From Ascoidea asiatica JCM 7603 (taxonomy: Eukaryota; Fungi; Ascomycota), in assembly GCA_001600695.1 (NCBI GenBank), contig BCKQ01000014.1, forward strand, positions 108,611-172,610: a stretch of 64,000 bases of DNA, written 5' to 3'. Below, one piece after another: positions 11,744 through 23,579 of the stretch. Position numbers and translations under genes: made by a program. The notes below the pieces were generated by a model that had not been told where the DNA came from, did not search any database, and was given only the letters and a program-made list of their open reading frames with translations. The first letter of the stretch is position 1; every line of letters begins with the position of its first letter.

Positions 11744-12727
11744 TTAATTAACAGATCTTTCATCTAACCAATTTTCCCAATGTTCAATATCATTTTTAAA
11801 TAAACTACCAGTATAAAAATCCATATTACCTTCTAATTGATCAAAAGAAAATTTTTCAGAAATATTTGTAAATTCTATATCTAAATTATCATCATCATCA
11901 TTATCATTTAAATTAAAATTATTTAAATTATTATTATTACTATTATTATTATTTCCATTATTATTATTATTATCATTATTACCTAAATTAAATCTTTCAT
12001 CATTTTCAATTGAAGTTAATGGATTTGATAAATTTTTAATATAATTACTTTTTAATAAATTAAATTGATTTTCAAAAAATTTTTTAAAATAAAAAATTGG
12101 TTTTGAACCAAAAATTTCAGATTTATTTAAAGCAAATAAAATATCTATACCATTTGGATTATATTTTTCAGTTTGTAAGATTAAATTAAATAAATCTTTT
12201 GAAATTGAAATTAATTCATTATTATCAGAAATATTTGAATCAATTAAAAAAATTATACCTTTAATATTAAGATAATTTTTTAAAATTTTTGGTATTAAAT
12301 TTAATGAAATTTTTTTATTACCAGGAATATCTAATAAAATATGAGTTTTTTTAAAACCTCCAGATAATGGAGCTTTAAATTTATTATTTATATTAAAAGT
12401 TGTTGAAGTTACAGTTGAAACTGGTAAATATGATTCTTTTTCATTATCATTATCATTATCATTATTTTTAGATTCATTTATTAAAGATTTTTTAGTTAAA
12501 TAATAAAATAAAGTTGATTTACCAGAATTTGAAGGACCAATAATTAAAAAAGTAGGTACATGATTTCTTTTAATTGAATCATTTGTTAATAAATGAGCAG
12601 GAGTAACTGAATAACTTCTCATGAATATTAAAAATATTGCAATTGAAAATAATCCTAAAATAATTGATAATATAATAATATGATTACTATTTACCACATT
12701 TTTCAGTTGATTTACTAATTGATCCAT
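11744..12727 (-). CDS. SRP102: SRP receptor beta subunit (Arf-like GTPase)
   Basis: N-terminal TM, P-loop GPSNSGKS, DIPG, NKSE and C-terminal WENWLDE. Confidence 0.9.
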   Translation of the reverse strand: MDQLVNQLKNVVNSNHIIILSIILGLFSIAIFLIFMRSYSVTPAHLLTNDSIKRNHVPTFLIIGPSNSGKSTLFYYLTKKSLINESKNNDNDNDNEKESYLPVSTVTSTTFNINNKFKAPLSGGFKKTHILLDIPGNKKISLNLIPKILKNYLNIKGIIFLIDSNISDNNELISISKDLFNLILQTEKYNPNGIDILFALNKSEIFGSKPIFYFKKFFENQFNLLKSNYIKNLSNPLTSIENDERFNLGNNDNNNNNGNNNNSNNNNLNNFNLNDNDDDDNLDIEFTNISEKFSFDQLEGNMDFYTGSLFKNDIEHWENWLDERSVN

Positions 12728-13800
12728 TTTTATTGAAATTGATTATATTTTTATCTATTAAAAAGACTATGATTACTTTTAAATTACTTTGCTAATAAAT
12801 GAATCAAAGCACACTTATAAACACCCAATGCTAACTTCAAAATCATTCAAATATTCAATCATTGTTGGTTATTCTCAGTGGAATACTCGACTTCTTCACC
12901 ACCATCAGACCTCAAACCTCAAAATTCAACAATTCTTGAAAAAACATCCAACTCAAAATCAGACGCAGCCCAATCGGGTAATTCCCAGCCACTGAACAAT
13001 AATTTCACTTGCCACAAACAAGGCGTATTTCAAAATGCAGTTCCATGCCTGCATCCGTCAGTTGATGTTTTCATGCACTTCCTCGCATATTTCTACATTG
13101 CACCCACTGCTCTGGTCCTTAATTATTGTTAGCATTACTCAAAATAAGTTAGTAAAAACTACGTATGTTTGAAATTTATGTAAAAAAAATTCTATTATAA
13201 CAACACCAAAAGTCAAAATTAATTGAAAAAAACAAAAGGAAATAACAAAAGCAAAATATTAATTTAAAATAAAAAAAATTAATTGAGTAACAAACAATAG
13301 TAAAATCAGTTTTTTTTTTTTTTTATAAAATAATTAATTTTGAGATTTTTTATAAAAGAATGAAAAAATGAATGTTAAAAAATGAAAAAAAGAATAAAAA
13401 AAATTGGATGATGAAAATGAAAATTTCAAAATTTTGAAAATTAAAATTGTTCTTAAAAATCTCAAAATAAATTTATAAATTTGTATATAAAAAAAAAAAA
13501 TGAAATATAAATACTTGTTTAAATATAATAAAAAATTGATTAATAAATAAGTTAATAAGTTAATAAGTTAATAAGTTAATAAATAGATAAATAAATGAAT
13601 AAATAGTAAAAAAAAAGGGTAATGTAAAATTTTTATGTAGAGAAGTCAAAAAAAATAAAAAAATAAAAAGAAATCTTAAACAATTTAACAATTTAACAAT
13701 TTAACAAAGAGAGAATGATAAGAAACGAATTGAAATATTAATTAAATGAATTAAATATAAAACATAATTAAAAATGTATGATTAAAATGACAAAAATGAT

Positions 13801-16800
13801 TTAAATATCATCTTTATCAGCCATTCTATTTCCAAGTAATCCAAAACTAACTGAACTACTTCTATATTTTTTTCTAACTTCTTCTTTTAATTTTCTTTTT
13901 TCAATTAAATTTGTTACAGTTCCTTTATAATGATATGATTTATTAAATGATAATTTAATTTCTCCCTTTTGATAATGATTTCTAAAATTATGTCTTTGTT
14001 GATTATATAATGATTCATATTTTGTTAAAATTATTCTTTTTGCTTCTTTTAAATATTTATCTTTATTTATTACATTTCTATAAGCTTGACTTAATAAATG
14101 TGTACTTTTTCTTGTATTTTTTAAAATTACTTCTGCTTTTCTAAATTTCTCATCTTCTGCTTCCAATGGTAATAATTGTCTTGGTTTATGTCCAATCATA
14201 AATCCAGAATCTTTATCAGAATCTGTATTATATGTACTATATTCACTTTCTTGACTTTTAAGTTTAAATAATGATGGTCCAAAATTATTGGAATTTAAAT
14301 TTGAATTTAAATAATTAATTTCTTCATCACTAAAATTATCTTCTTTATTAGAAAATATTCTTTCAATTGCATTTCCAATTTTTCCCTTTTTACCAAGAAT
14401 TTTTTCATCATCTGGAATTTCTCCAAATAATAAATTACTTGGATTTTCCCAACTACCAATATCTAAATCATCAAGATTAAATGGATTATCTTTTGTTCCC
14501 AGACCATCTTCATTACCTTCAATTTCCATAAATCCATGAACTGCTTTCAGTACTCTTGGTAAATTAGATTCACTAGTCATAAATCTTGTTCGAAAATCTC
14601 TTCTTGGTCCTAATGAAAGTGTTAATTCATCTCTTCTACCATTATCACTTTGATTATCTGTATCTTCATCTTCATCATCATCTTCTCTACTACTAACAGA
14701 TTCTTCTCCTAATCTAGAATATATAGAATGTCCATCATTACTTAAATCTACTGGAATATTTCTATCATTCATTATACAACTTGGTAATCTAAGTAATTGA
14801 TTACCACTAAGTTCTTCTGTTTCATATGGTTTTGATTTTATTTTTGGTGAATTTAAATTTATATTATTATTAAAATTTTTTGAATTAAAATCAAAATTAT
14901 TATTATGTTGAAAATCTGAAAAATGTGGAGAATTAATAAATCCTGTTCCAGGAATTGAACTTTGACTATTTGTACGATCATGTTTTGAAGATTCTTCTTT
15001 TAAATCACTAATTGATTTAGATTCTAAACGTTCAAAATTTGATAAATTTAATGGTTTTCCTAATTGTCCTGAAAAACTTTTTCTACCCTCAGATTCATCT
15101 TCATTCATATTTATAGTTGCTGTTGCTGATGAATTATTCATAGATTTTGACATTTCAAATGATGATAATTTTTTTGATAATGAATCTTCTTCACCTCTTG
15201 GACTCATACAATCATGAAAAGATGTTGGTGATAAAAGAAGATCTTCATTATTTATATCATTTGAATTTTTATTACATAAATCTGTTTCTGTATTTTCTCT
15301 CTCATTTTCAGTAATTACATCTACTTCATTATTATTACTTGATTGTTTATCTGTATTTAAATTTAAATTACTAATATTTTTACTAAGATTAAAATTAAGA
15401 TTATAATTGCTGAAATTTGTAGGAAGACTTAACTTATTCAATTTATTTATACTAAAAGTTCTTGCAAAACTTGGAATTCTATTAAGACTTGTAATATTTG
15501 TATAACTATCAATTTTATTTATATCTTTCTCTTGATCATCAAATAAATGAAATTGAGCATTATTACCAAAATTTGCAAAATTATTTAATGGATTAACATT
15601 AAATTTAGGAATTTTTAAAAGTTCTTCTTCATCAAAACTATTTAATGAAGCAAAACTTGTATTAATAGGCAATTGAACAGTTCCTTTATTTGAAAATGAT
15701 AAAGGATTGAAAGTTTCTGAATTACCTTTAATAGTTGGTTGATCATCTGAATTATTTTCTTCAAATTGATTAAATGAATTACTATTATTATCCATATGAT
15801 TAATAGTTTGATTATTTTGAAAATTCTGAGCAGAATCTATATTTGAATCATTATTATTATAATTATTCAAGGCATTTTGAAGAGGTGAAGTGAAATTATT
15901 GAATCTATTATTTACAGAACTTCTACGTGAAATTGAAAAAGAACTAGTAGATGGTAAGCTTCCTCTTCTAAATTTTTCAATACTTATATTATTATCCTTT
16001 TCAATAATATCATTAAGAGTATTAGCAGTTGGTTTTGTAGATTTAAAAAACCCCCCTTCAACAGAAGGTTTGACTTCTCCTAATAAAGGATCTGTTGTAG
16101 CTGTTGATGAGGTTGTCCGCCTATGATTTTGGAAACAAGATTTACTGCTTAAGCAAGTTGAAGAATTTAGCATACTAGAACTTGCAGTGGTTGTAGCACT
16201 TGTTGGATTAGAATTTAAATGAGACAGATTCACAGTAGAAGAACATGAAATTTGGGAAGGATGTTTTGAAATCATAGGTGTACAATTAGCATTATTCAGA
16301 TTTACAATACCTGTAGTTGAGTGTGAATATTCATTGCCAGGAACCATCAGATATGGAGAAGCACACCTTGAATTATCAGAAGCCAAAGCAGGTGACATTA
16401 ATGGTGTTCCTATTACTTCTGAAAGAATAACTGAATTATTATTAGAATTAAAATTTAAACTTGGTTTATGACTAACAGATTTAATAACTGATTGAGAAAT
16501 ATTAGATTGATGAGGGGGAACATATTCTGTATCACTTCCATTACTTGTAGTTGTACTTCCACTTGTATTACTTATATGATTTGAATTAAGAGACATATTT
16601 GATGGATTTGAATGAATTCTTGGAGAAGTTAGACCAGCTAACTGTAAGGCTTTAGCAAGTTTATGTTTAATTGTATGACCTATTCCAAGAACAGAATTTT
16701 TAACTTCTTCTTCCGTAACATTAATTATTTCTTCTGGAACTTGAGAAGTAGAAAATTCTTGAATTTCTTCATCATTTAAATCTTGATAAGTAAAAGGGTG

Positions 16801-19299
16801 AACTTTAATTTCTTGAATATCAATTCTTTTAACAGGATCTTTTTCTAATAATTTACTTAATAAATCTAAACATCTAATATATTCAACATTTGAAACTTTT
16901 GCATTATTTGGATTATCAGATCTAACTTGTTCAAGATTTGGAAAATCAAAATCTTCATTTAAAATTACGCCAAATAAATCAAATTCTAAATCAGCTGTAA
17001 AAGGTAAATTACCAAATAAAAGACAATATAATGTTACACCTAAAGCCCATATATCTATTTTTTTATCTATTGTTGGATCATTTTGACTATTATAGTTAGA
17101 TAATTTTGATGAAAGAGAATTATTAGAATATGAATCTTTTATGATATCAGTACTTGAATGACATAATTCAGGAGCAAAAAAAGCTGGAGAACCAGTAGTT
17201 TTAGATTCTCTATCATTTTCTAAATCATATTCATAATCATCATCTAAATTTGAAGAAAAAGAAACTCCAAAATCGGAAATTTTTACAGTATTATCATGAG
17301 ATAATAATAAATTTGCAGGTTTTATATCTCTATGAACAATTCCTTGATAATGAAGATATTCAAGACCTAAGATTACATCTCTGAAAATTGCTCTTGATTG
17401 TTTAAAAGATAATAAAGGTTTACCCATTTTTAATTTTGAAAATTGAAGTAATCTTTCATCTTTATCTTGATATTTATTTAATAAAAATAATTCAGATTCT
17501 GTTGGATTTAAAAAATCATGATTTTGCCATTTAACTTCACCATTTTGACAATATTCTAAAACTAAATAAATTTTTTTTGAATTAATATCATCTAAAACTT
17601 CTTTTAAACTTACAACATGTTTATGATTACATTTTTTCATAATTGCAATTTCTTTTCTAATTTTAAAATCATAAATTAAATTATTATTAATTTTTGTATT
17701 TATATTTAAATTTGTTTTAGTTTTTTGAAATTGATTATTTGAATTATAAATTGAATTTCTTCTTAGATTATTTGAATTAGAAATATTTGAATTAACAGAA
17801 TTTAAAAAATTATTTGAAGAATCATTATTATTTATAGAATCCATTATATTATTATTATTATTGTTATTATTATTTAAATTATTATTTAAATTATTATTTA
17901 AATTATTATTTATTAATTTTGAAGATTTTAATGGAATTTTTGGTTTATTAACAATTTTTATTGCAACTTTTTCACCAGTTTTTAAATTTTTACCTAATTT
18001 AACTTTACCATGTTGACCTTTACCTAATTCAGATAAAATTTCATAAGTATTTAAAATTTTAGTTTTATTTATAGGATCATATTCTAAAGAAATATGATGA
18101 GTTTCTTTAACTTTATTTAAATTTAAATTTAAAGATTTTTTTGAATTCAAAGGTGGTAAAGATTTATGATTAATTTTTTTATTATTGTTATGTATATGAG
18201 AATGAGAATAAGGATTAGAATTAGAATTAGAATTGGGATTAGAATTGGAATTAGAATAAGAATGAGAATGAGAATTATTTATATTTATATTATTTTTGAA
18301 TGAATTATTATTTAAATTTGAAAAAGAAGGTTGAGAGGATATAGTTGATAATAAATGAGAATGAGTTGTAGATAATATTGAATTTGAATCATTAAGATTA
18401 TTATTATTATTATCATTATTTGAATTTGAATTTGAATTTGAATTTGAATTTGAAAAAGATCTTGTTTTTAATGGAGAATTTAAATTTAAATTTGAGATTG
18501 AATTTGAAATTGAATTTGAATTTGAAGGTAATAAACTTGGAGAAGATATTATTCCACTAATATTAAAAGATGATGATGAAGATAATTTTGCCAATGAAGA
18601 ATCATTGATATTATTATTGGAACAAGTATTGGAACAGGTATTAGAATTGTTATTATTTGTTATTAGATTTGATAATTTTAGTTTATTTCTTTGATTTGAA
18701 GAATCTATTGATAATTGAATTGGATCTAAATGAGTATTTATTTGATTAATTTTATTTGAAGAAGGAGAAACAGATGATGAAGATGAAGAAGATGAGGAAG
18801 ATGAAGATGAAGATGGAGAATTAGGAGAATTAGGAGAATTTTGAAAATTTAAAGAAGTATTTGAATCATTTGATATTGAATTAGGAATTGAATTAGGAAT
18901 TGTAGATGGAATATAAGTTGAATTAGATAAAGATGGAGACATTATAGATTTTAATTTATTATTATTATTATTTTGAAATTTAAAATAATTTGAAAATCTT
19001 TGAATTAAGTCTAGATTAAATCTTTTAGTAATTGAATTGATTGAATTATTTGAATTTATAGAATTTATAGTATTTAAAGAAATATTTGATAAATTCAAAT
19101 CAATATGTTTGAAAAATGTATTATTTGTATTATTTGTATTATTTGTAATAGTTGTATTACTTGAGTTATTTATTTTATTATCAGTAGTAGTGGTTGTAGT
19201 ATTATCGGTGTTATTATCAGTATTTGAATCAGTATCGGTATCAGTATCAGAATCAGTATTGGTAATAGAATTATTATTAACATTATTTGATCTATTCAT
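13801..19299 (-). CDS. SAK1: Snf1-activating Ser/Thr kinase (CaMKK family)
   Basis: VKETHHISLEYDPI..KILNTYEI..ELGKGQHGKVKL, HRDIKPANLL, DFG and GSPAFFAPE, plus a long C-terminal tail. The exact start is uncertain because the N-terminus is low-complexity. Confidence 0.88.
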   Translation of the reverse strand: MNRSNNVNNNSITNTDSDTDTDTDSNTDNNTDNTTTTTTDNKINNSSNTTITNNTNNTNNTFFKHIDLNLSNISLNTINSINSNNSINSITKRFNLDLIQRFSNYFKFQNNNNNKLKSIMSPSLSNSTYIPSTIPNSIPNSISNDSNTSLNFQNSPNSPNSPSSSSSSSSSSSSSSVSPSSNKINQINTHLDPIQLSIDSSNQRNKLKLSNLITNNNNSNTCSNTCSNNNINDSSLAKLSSSSSFNISGIISSPSLLPSNSNSISNSISNLNLNSPLKTRSFSNSNSNSNSNSNNDNNNNNLNDSNSILSTTHSHLLSTISSQPSFSNLNNNSFKNNININNSHSHSYSNSNSNPNSNSNSNPYSHSHIHNNNKKINHKSLPPLNSKKSLNLNLNKVKETHHISLEYDPINKTKILNTYEILSELGKGQHGKVKLGKNLKTGEKVAIKIVNKPKIPLKSSKLINNNLNNNLNNNLNNNNNNNNNIMDSINNNDSSNNFLNSVNSNISNSNNLRRNSIYNSNNQFQKTKTNLNINTKINNNLIYDFKIRKEIAIMKKCNHKHVVSLKEVLDDINSKKIYLVLEYCQNGEVKWQNHDFLNPTESELFLLNKYQDKDERLLQFSKLKMGKPLLSFKQSRAIFRDVILGLEYLHYQGIVHRDIKPANLLLSHDNTVKISDFGVSFSSNLDDDYEYDLENDRESKTTGSPAFFAPELCHSSTDIIKDSYSNNSLSSKLSNYNSQNDPTIDKKIDIWALGVTLYCLLFGNLPFTADLEFDLFGVILNEDFDFPNLEQVRSDNPNNAKVSNVEYIRCLDLLSKLLEKDPVKRIDIQEIKVHPFTYQDLNDEEIQEFSTSQVPEEIINVTEEEVKNSVLGIGHTIKHKLAKALQLAGLTSPRIHSNPSNMSLNSNHISNTSGSTTTSNGSDTEYVPPHQSNISQSVIKSVSHKPSLNFNSNNNSVILSEVIGTPLMSPALASDNSRCASPYLMVPGNEYSHSTTGIVNLNNANCTPMISKHPSQISCSSTVNLSHLNSNPTSATTTASSSMLNSSTCLSSKSCFQNHRRTTSSTATTDPLLGEVKPSVEGGFFKSTKPTANTLNDIIEKDNNISIEKFRRGSLPSTSSFSISRRSSVNNRFNNFTSPLQNALNNYNNNDSNIDSAQNFQNNQTINHMDNNSNSFNQFEENNSDDQPTIKGNSETFNPLSFSNKGTVQLPINTSFASLNSFDEEELLKIPKFNVNPLNNFANFGNNAQFHLFDDQEKDINKIDSYTNITSLNRIPSFARTFSINKLNKLSLPTNFSNYNLNFNLSKNISNLNLNTDKQSSNNNEVDVITENERENTETDLCNKNSNDINNEDLLLSPTSFHDCMSPRGEEDSLSKKLSSFEMSKSMNNSSATATINMNEDESEGRKSFSGQLGKPLNLSNFERLESKSISDLKEESSKHDRTNSQSSIPGTGFINSPHFSDFQHNNNFDFNSKNFNNNINLNSPKIKSKPYETEELSGNQLLRLPSCIMNDRNIPVDLSNDGHSIYSRLGEESVSSREDDDEDEDTDNQSDNGRRDELTLSLGPRRDFRTRFMTSESNLPRVLKAVHGFMEIEGNEDGLGTKDNPFNLDDLDIGSWENPSNLLFGEIPDDEKILGKKGKIGNAIERIFSNKEDNFSDEEINYLNSNLNSNNFGPSLFKLKSQESEYSTYNTDSDKDSGFMIGHKPRQLLPLEAEDEKFRKAEVILKNTRKSTHLLSQAYRNVINKDKYLKEAKRIILTKYESLYNQQRHNFRNHYQKGEIKLSFNKSYHYKGTVTNLIEKRKLKEEVRKKYRSSSVSFGLLGNRMADKDDI

Positions 19300-20399
19300 T
19301 TCAAGATATATATTTATATATATATATATATATATAAAAGTTGGTATTAAAGAAAAGGATACTAAAGAATATATTGAAATATAGTTAGCATATTAATATT
19401 ATAATAGATTAATTGATAATATGATAATATGATAATATGATAAATATGATAAAATGATTGATTATATGAATAAATTTAGGAAAGTTCAGGAAAAATGAGG
19501 AATTTGTTAATAAAATGAAATTCAATTCTATTGAGGTTATTATTATATATATATAATATATATATTTTATATATAATTGATATAATAATTATAATTGATT
19601 GATATTAGCAGTGAAATAAAAAAAAAAATAAATAAAAAAATAAATAAAAAGATAAATAGAGTGCAATTGATAGAAAAGTAGATAGATTTAGAGATAAAAA
19701 GATAAAAAGTACAGTACTTTAATAGTATTATAATATTATTTTAATAGTGTTTTAATAGTATTTTAATAGTATTCAAGAAAGATAAAAGGATAAAATGCGT
19801 GCGATTAAGAAGAAATGTACGAAAAAATTGTCGATAATTATTTTTTAGGAGATTTGGAATTTAGCAGTTAAAAAGCGAGTGAGTACTGGAATAGTAGCGG
19901 TAGTAGTAATAGTAGTGGTATTAGTAGTGGTATTAAGTGGTGAGTGTTCAAGACTCAAGATTCAGGACACTGCGAGATAAACAGAACAAGAGACACAACA
20001 AGATCAGAGACAGAAATCAGACGCAGCAGGACAGGACCCGCTCAGGACAAGCCTGGTTGGTCCGAGCTCAAACGCTGTCTCGTTTCTGTCTCTTTTCTGT
20101 CTCTTTTCTGTCTCGGATTGCGTCTTGGATTCAATCTGGATTCTACCTCACTGCAGCTAAACGGCAGCCGCCTGTGGCCAAGGCCTGCTGAAACTGCTCA
20201 CAGTTTCCTCTCGTCTGCACGCAGAGTATTTGGCCAGAAGAACGGTCCACAGCAATGGCTCTAGCAGATTATATCCAGCGGTTGTCTGAAATAGGAATAT
20301 ATGTTTTTACAGGTACAAAAAAGCCCCTTAACTTAAAAGTAATAAAGCTTGGTTTACATTTAAGTACCGGCGTGCACTTTTATTTTATGAAGTGGTTGA

Positions 20400-20983
20400 A
20401 CGCGTTGCCCTGTTTTTATCAGTAGCCTAGCAACCGCAATCTTCTACAACTCGTTGCTGATACCTTCCAAGATACCGTTTAGTGTATGGATTTACCTGAT
20501 CTACCTGATTTTTCTAGTTTATCTTGTCTATCTGGTTTATCACTCTAGAATCACTCCTCCCACTTGATTCCGAGTCTGATAAAGTTGGGTAACTTGTATT
20601 AGAATTTGTGTTTTTAAAGTGAAATATAATTACACGTGATGAATTTCCTCACTTTTTGAAATTATTTGAGATCTGCGGCTCCAAATCTAAGTTTGCGACT
20701 CGCATGAAACCAATTTATGGTTTTTTTTTCAAATCTAATTGGAGATTAAGTTTGTAATCAGTAACGTTGATGTGCATTTCTCAAATATTGGAATTATTTG
20801 AGGCTAGTGAATATTATTAAATGTGGCTTATGAAATAATTACAAGCCTACTCGAGGCTTGTTTTTTTTCAATTCCAAAAAGGGTAATTTCCACAGAGGGT
20901 AACTGCAACGCGTCTTTTTTATTTTCTCTTTTTGTTTCTGTTTTTTCATTTCTTTTTTATTTCTTTTTATAACGCCGACGCGT
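20400..20983 (+). promoter_or_regulatory. Three MCB (ACGCGT) elements upstream of SWI6
   Basis: ACGCGT at 20400-20405, 20908-20913 and 20978-20983. CACGTG also occurs at 20633-20638. Confidence 0.6.
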
Positions 20984-21254
20984 CTTTATTCTGGGCACGC
21001 TTCTGATTTGGGTTTGTCCAGCTCTAGACAATAATATAATGCTTTAAGTACTGTAGGTAGAACTGAATAATGAAATAATAATATAATAATTAGAATACTG
21101 TAAAATATATCAAATAATCTATTATTCTCTTCAAAAGTAATGAAATGATATAAATATTTTATAATCAATAAATATCAAATATCAAATAACAAATAACAAA
21201 TAACAGATAACAGATAATAACTGCCAATTAAACTAATAATAATTATTATATATA

Positions 21255-23579
21255 ATGGTTTCTTTATCATTACCAAAATTGAATAAAATTGATGAAGAAA
21301 AAGAATTGGATATAAATTTAAATTCAATTAATAATTTAAATTCTTCATTAAATTTAATTATAAAAAATTTAAATAATCTTAATAATTTAAATAATTCAAA
21401 TAATTTTTCATTTAAATTATCTCCATTATATTCAATAAATTATTCAAATATTAATTATTTAGAAATTTTAGTTAATGATAATTATCCAATTTTAAGAAAT
21501 TTAAAAAATAATTATTTTAATTCAATCAATTTATTTAATTTAGCTTTATCAATTCAAAATTTTAATTTAAATAATTTAAACGATTTATTAATTCAATTAA
21601 ATGATTCTTTATTAAATTATTTCTTACCTGATTTATCAAATTCAAATAACTCAAATAACTCAAATAACTCAAATAAAATTATAATTTCAAATAATTCAAT
21701 ATCTAAATTAAATGGTATTTGGATTCCATTAGATTATACAATTAAATTAGCTAATTTCTTAAATATTTATAAACCTTTATCATTAATTTTCTTTAATAAC
21801 TTAAATAATATTAACTTAAACAATAACTTAAATAATAATATAAATAATAATTTACATTCAGATAGTACTAATTCAACAAAATCTGATCCAAATTTATCTC
21901 TACAAATTTCAAATTTTAATAATATTAATTTACAACTTAAAAATACTTTATCTCCTTTACCAACTAATATACCAAATTATGAAAATATAAGAGAATTAAT
22001 CACTCAAGTATTTTCAATAAATAATAATAATAATAATAATAACAATGATGACTTAAATCCAGAAACAAATTCATATATTCAATTAAATAATCAATTTTTA
22101 TCAAATGATAATAATAATTTAATCAATATAAATACTCCTTTAGATATTTTTGGTAATACTGCTTTACATTGGGCTTCTTCTTTAGCAAATCTTAATCTCG
22201 TGAAAAATTTAATTAATTTATTTAATTCAAATTTAAATTATGGTAATAATAATGGTGAATCTCCTTTAATAAGTGCTATTTCACATACTAATTATTTAGA
22301 TTTAAATAATAACAATAAATCAAATTCAAATTCGAACACAACTTCAAATACAAATTCAAATTCTTTTCAAGATTTATTACTTTTACTTTATCCTTGTATT
22401 TTATTAATCGATAATAATAATAGAACAATCTTACATCATATTGTTTTAACTTCTGGTGTTAAAAATAGAAATATTTCTAGTAAATATTATCTTGAATCTT
22501 TAATGGAATTTATTGTTAAAAAATCAAATTCAATTAAAAATTTTAATTTAAATTTAACTCAATTTATAAATTTAATTGTTAATGCAATTGATTCAAATGG
22601 TGATACTTCTTTAAATATTGCTGCAAGAATTGGTAATAAATCTTTAATTCAACAATTATTAGATGTTGGTGCTGATCCAAGAATTTCAAATAATGCTGGT
22701 TTAAAACCTTCGGATTTTGGTATAAATATTGATTCAATTAATTTACCTTTATTACCAATTAACAATTTAAACCCAAATTTAAATTCAAATTCAAATCAAA
22801 CAAATGATAAATTAATTGAAAATAATAATAATAATGATATCAATAATAACAATAACAATAATAATAACAATAATAATCAAATCACTCAAAATAATAAAAT
22901 TAATGATATTGAGAATCATAGTAAATCTTTAGTATCTTCAATAACTTCAATGATTCAAAATTTAGAAACTGATTTTAAAATTGAATTATCTGAAAAAGAC
23001 AAAGAAATAACAGATTTAAATAAAATTTTAAACCAAGCATGTATACGTTTATCAAATTCAAGAAAAAAATTAGAATTATTAAAACAAAGTGAAAATAAAT
23101 TAAATGAATTAAAACAGAAAAATAATGTTGTAGTTAAAGCAATTACTCAAGAAGATGAAAAATTTAAAGAACTAAATATGAAACCATTTGTAGATATTAC
23201 AGGTTCAGGCTATAGATATGACGCTGATCAACCTTTTAAAATTCCAATATTATATGAATTAATTGAAAATGAATTGGAAAGAAATAAAAGATCAATAAAT
23301 TCAGTAAATTTAACTGATGATATTAATTTCTTATACTCTTCTTTAAGAGTTGATAAACTAAATATCAATTTAAATTTACCTACTTCTAAGCAATTAATGT
23401 CAAGAATCAAAGCTTATAATGATAATGAAAAAGATTTAGATGACTATTTACTAAATTTAGAAGGTAATGCCAAAGAACTAGAATCGAGATTTAGACATAT
23501 TGTGTCTCTTTGTACAGGTGTTGATTCTGAATGTGTTGATGATGTATTAGATGATTTAGTTCATGCTATAAGTAATTAA
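21255..23579 (+). CDS. SWI6: SBF/MBF regulatory subunit (degenerate APSES/KilA-N, ankyrin repeats, coiled coil)
   Basis: GIWIPL KilA-N remnant, GNTALHWASSLAN and NGDTSLNIAARIGN ankyrins, YDADQPFKI, RIKAY and FRHIVSLCTGV C-terminal box. Confidence 0.85.
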   Translation: MVSLSLPKLNKIDEEKELDINLNSINNLNSSLNLIIKNLNNLNNLNNSNNFSFKLSPLYSINYSNINYLEILVNDNYPILRNLKNNYFNSINLFNLALSIQNFNLNNLNDLLIQLNDSLLNYFLPDLSNSNNSNNSNNSNKIIISNNSISKLNGIWIPLDYTIKLANFLNIYKPLSLIFFNNLNNINLNNNLNNNINNNLHSDSTNSTKSDPNLSLQISNFNNINLQLKNTLSPLPTNIPNYENIRELITQVFSINNNNNNNNNDDLNPETNSYIQLNNQFLSNDNNNLININTPLDIFGNTALHWASSLANLNLVKNLINLFNSNLNYGNNNGESPLISAISHTNYLDLNNNNKSNSNSNTTSNTNSNSFQDLLLLLYPCILLIDNNNRTILHHIVLTSGVKNRNISSKYYLESLMEFIVKKSNSIKNFNLNLTQFINLIVNAIDSNGDTSLNIAARIGNKSLIQQLLDVGADPRISNNAGLKPSDFGINIDSINLPLLPINNLNPNLNSNSNQTNDKLIENNNNNDINNNNNNNNNNNNQITQNNKINDIENHSKSLVSSITSMIQNLETDFKIELSEKDKEITDLNKILNQACIRLSNSRKKLELLKQSENKLNELKQKNNVVVKAITQEDEKFKELNMKPFVDITGSGYRYDADQPFKIPILYELIENELERNKRSINSVNLTDDINFLYSSLRVDKLNINLNLPTSKQLMSRIKAYNDNEKDLDDYLLNLEGNAKELESRFRHIVSLCTGVDSECVDDVLDDLVHAISN

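Noticed and set aside
19937-20264. ORFs in GC-rich intergenic islands (also 4443-4926, 7747-7998, 40057-40461, 58696-59235, 62073-62450)
   Set aside because: They are stop-poor because of GC content or microsatellites, mostly have non-ATG starts, and overlap in several frames.
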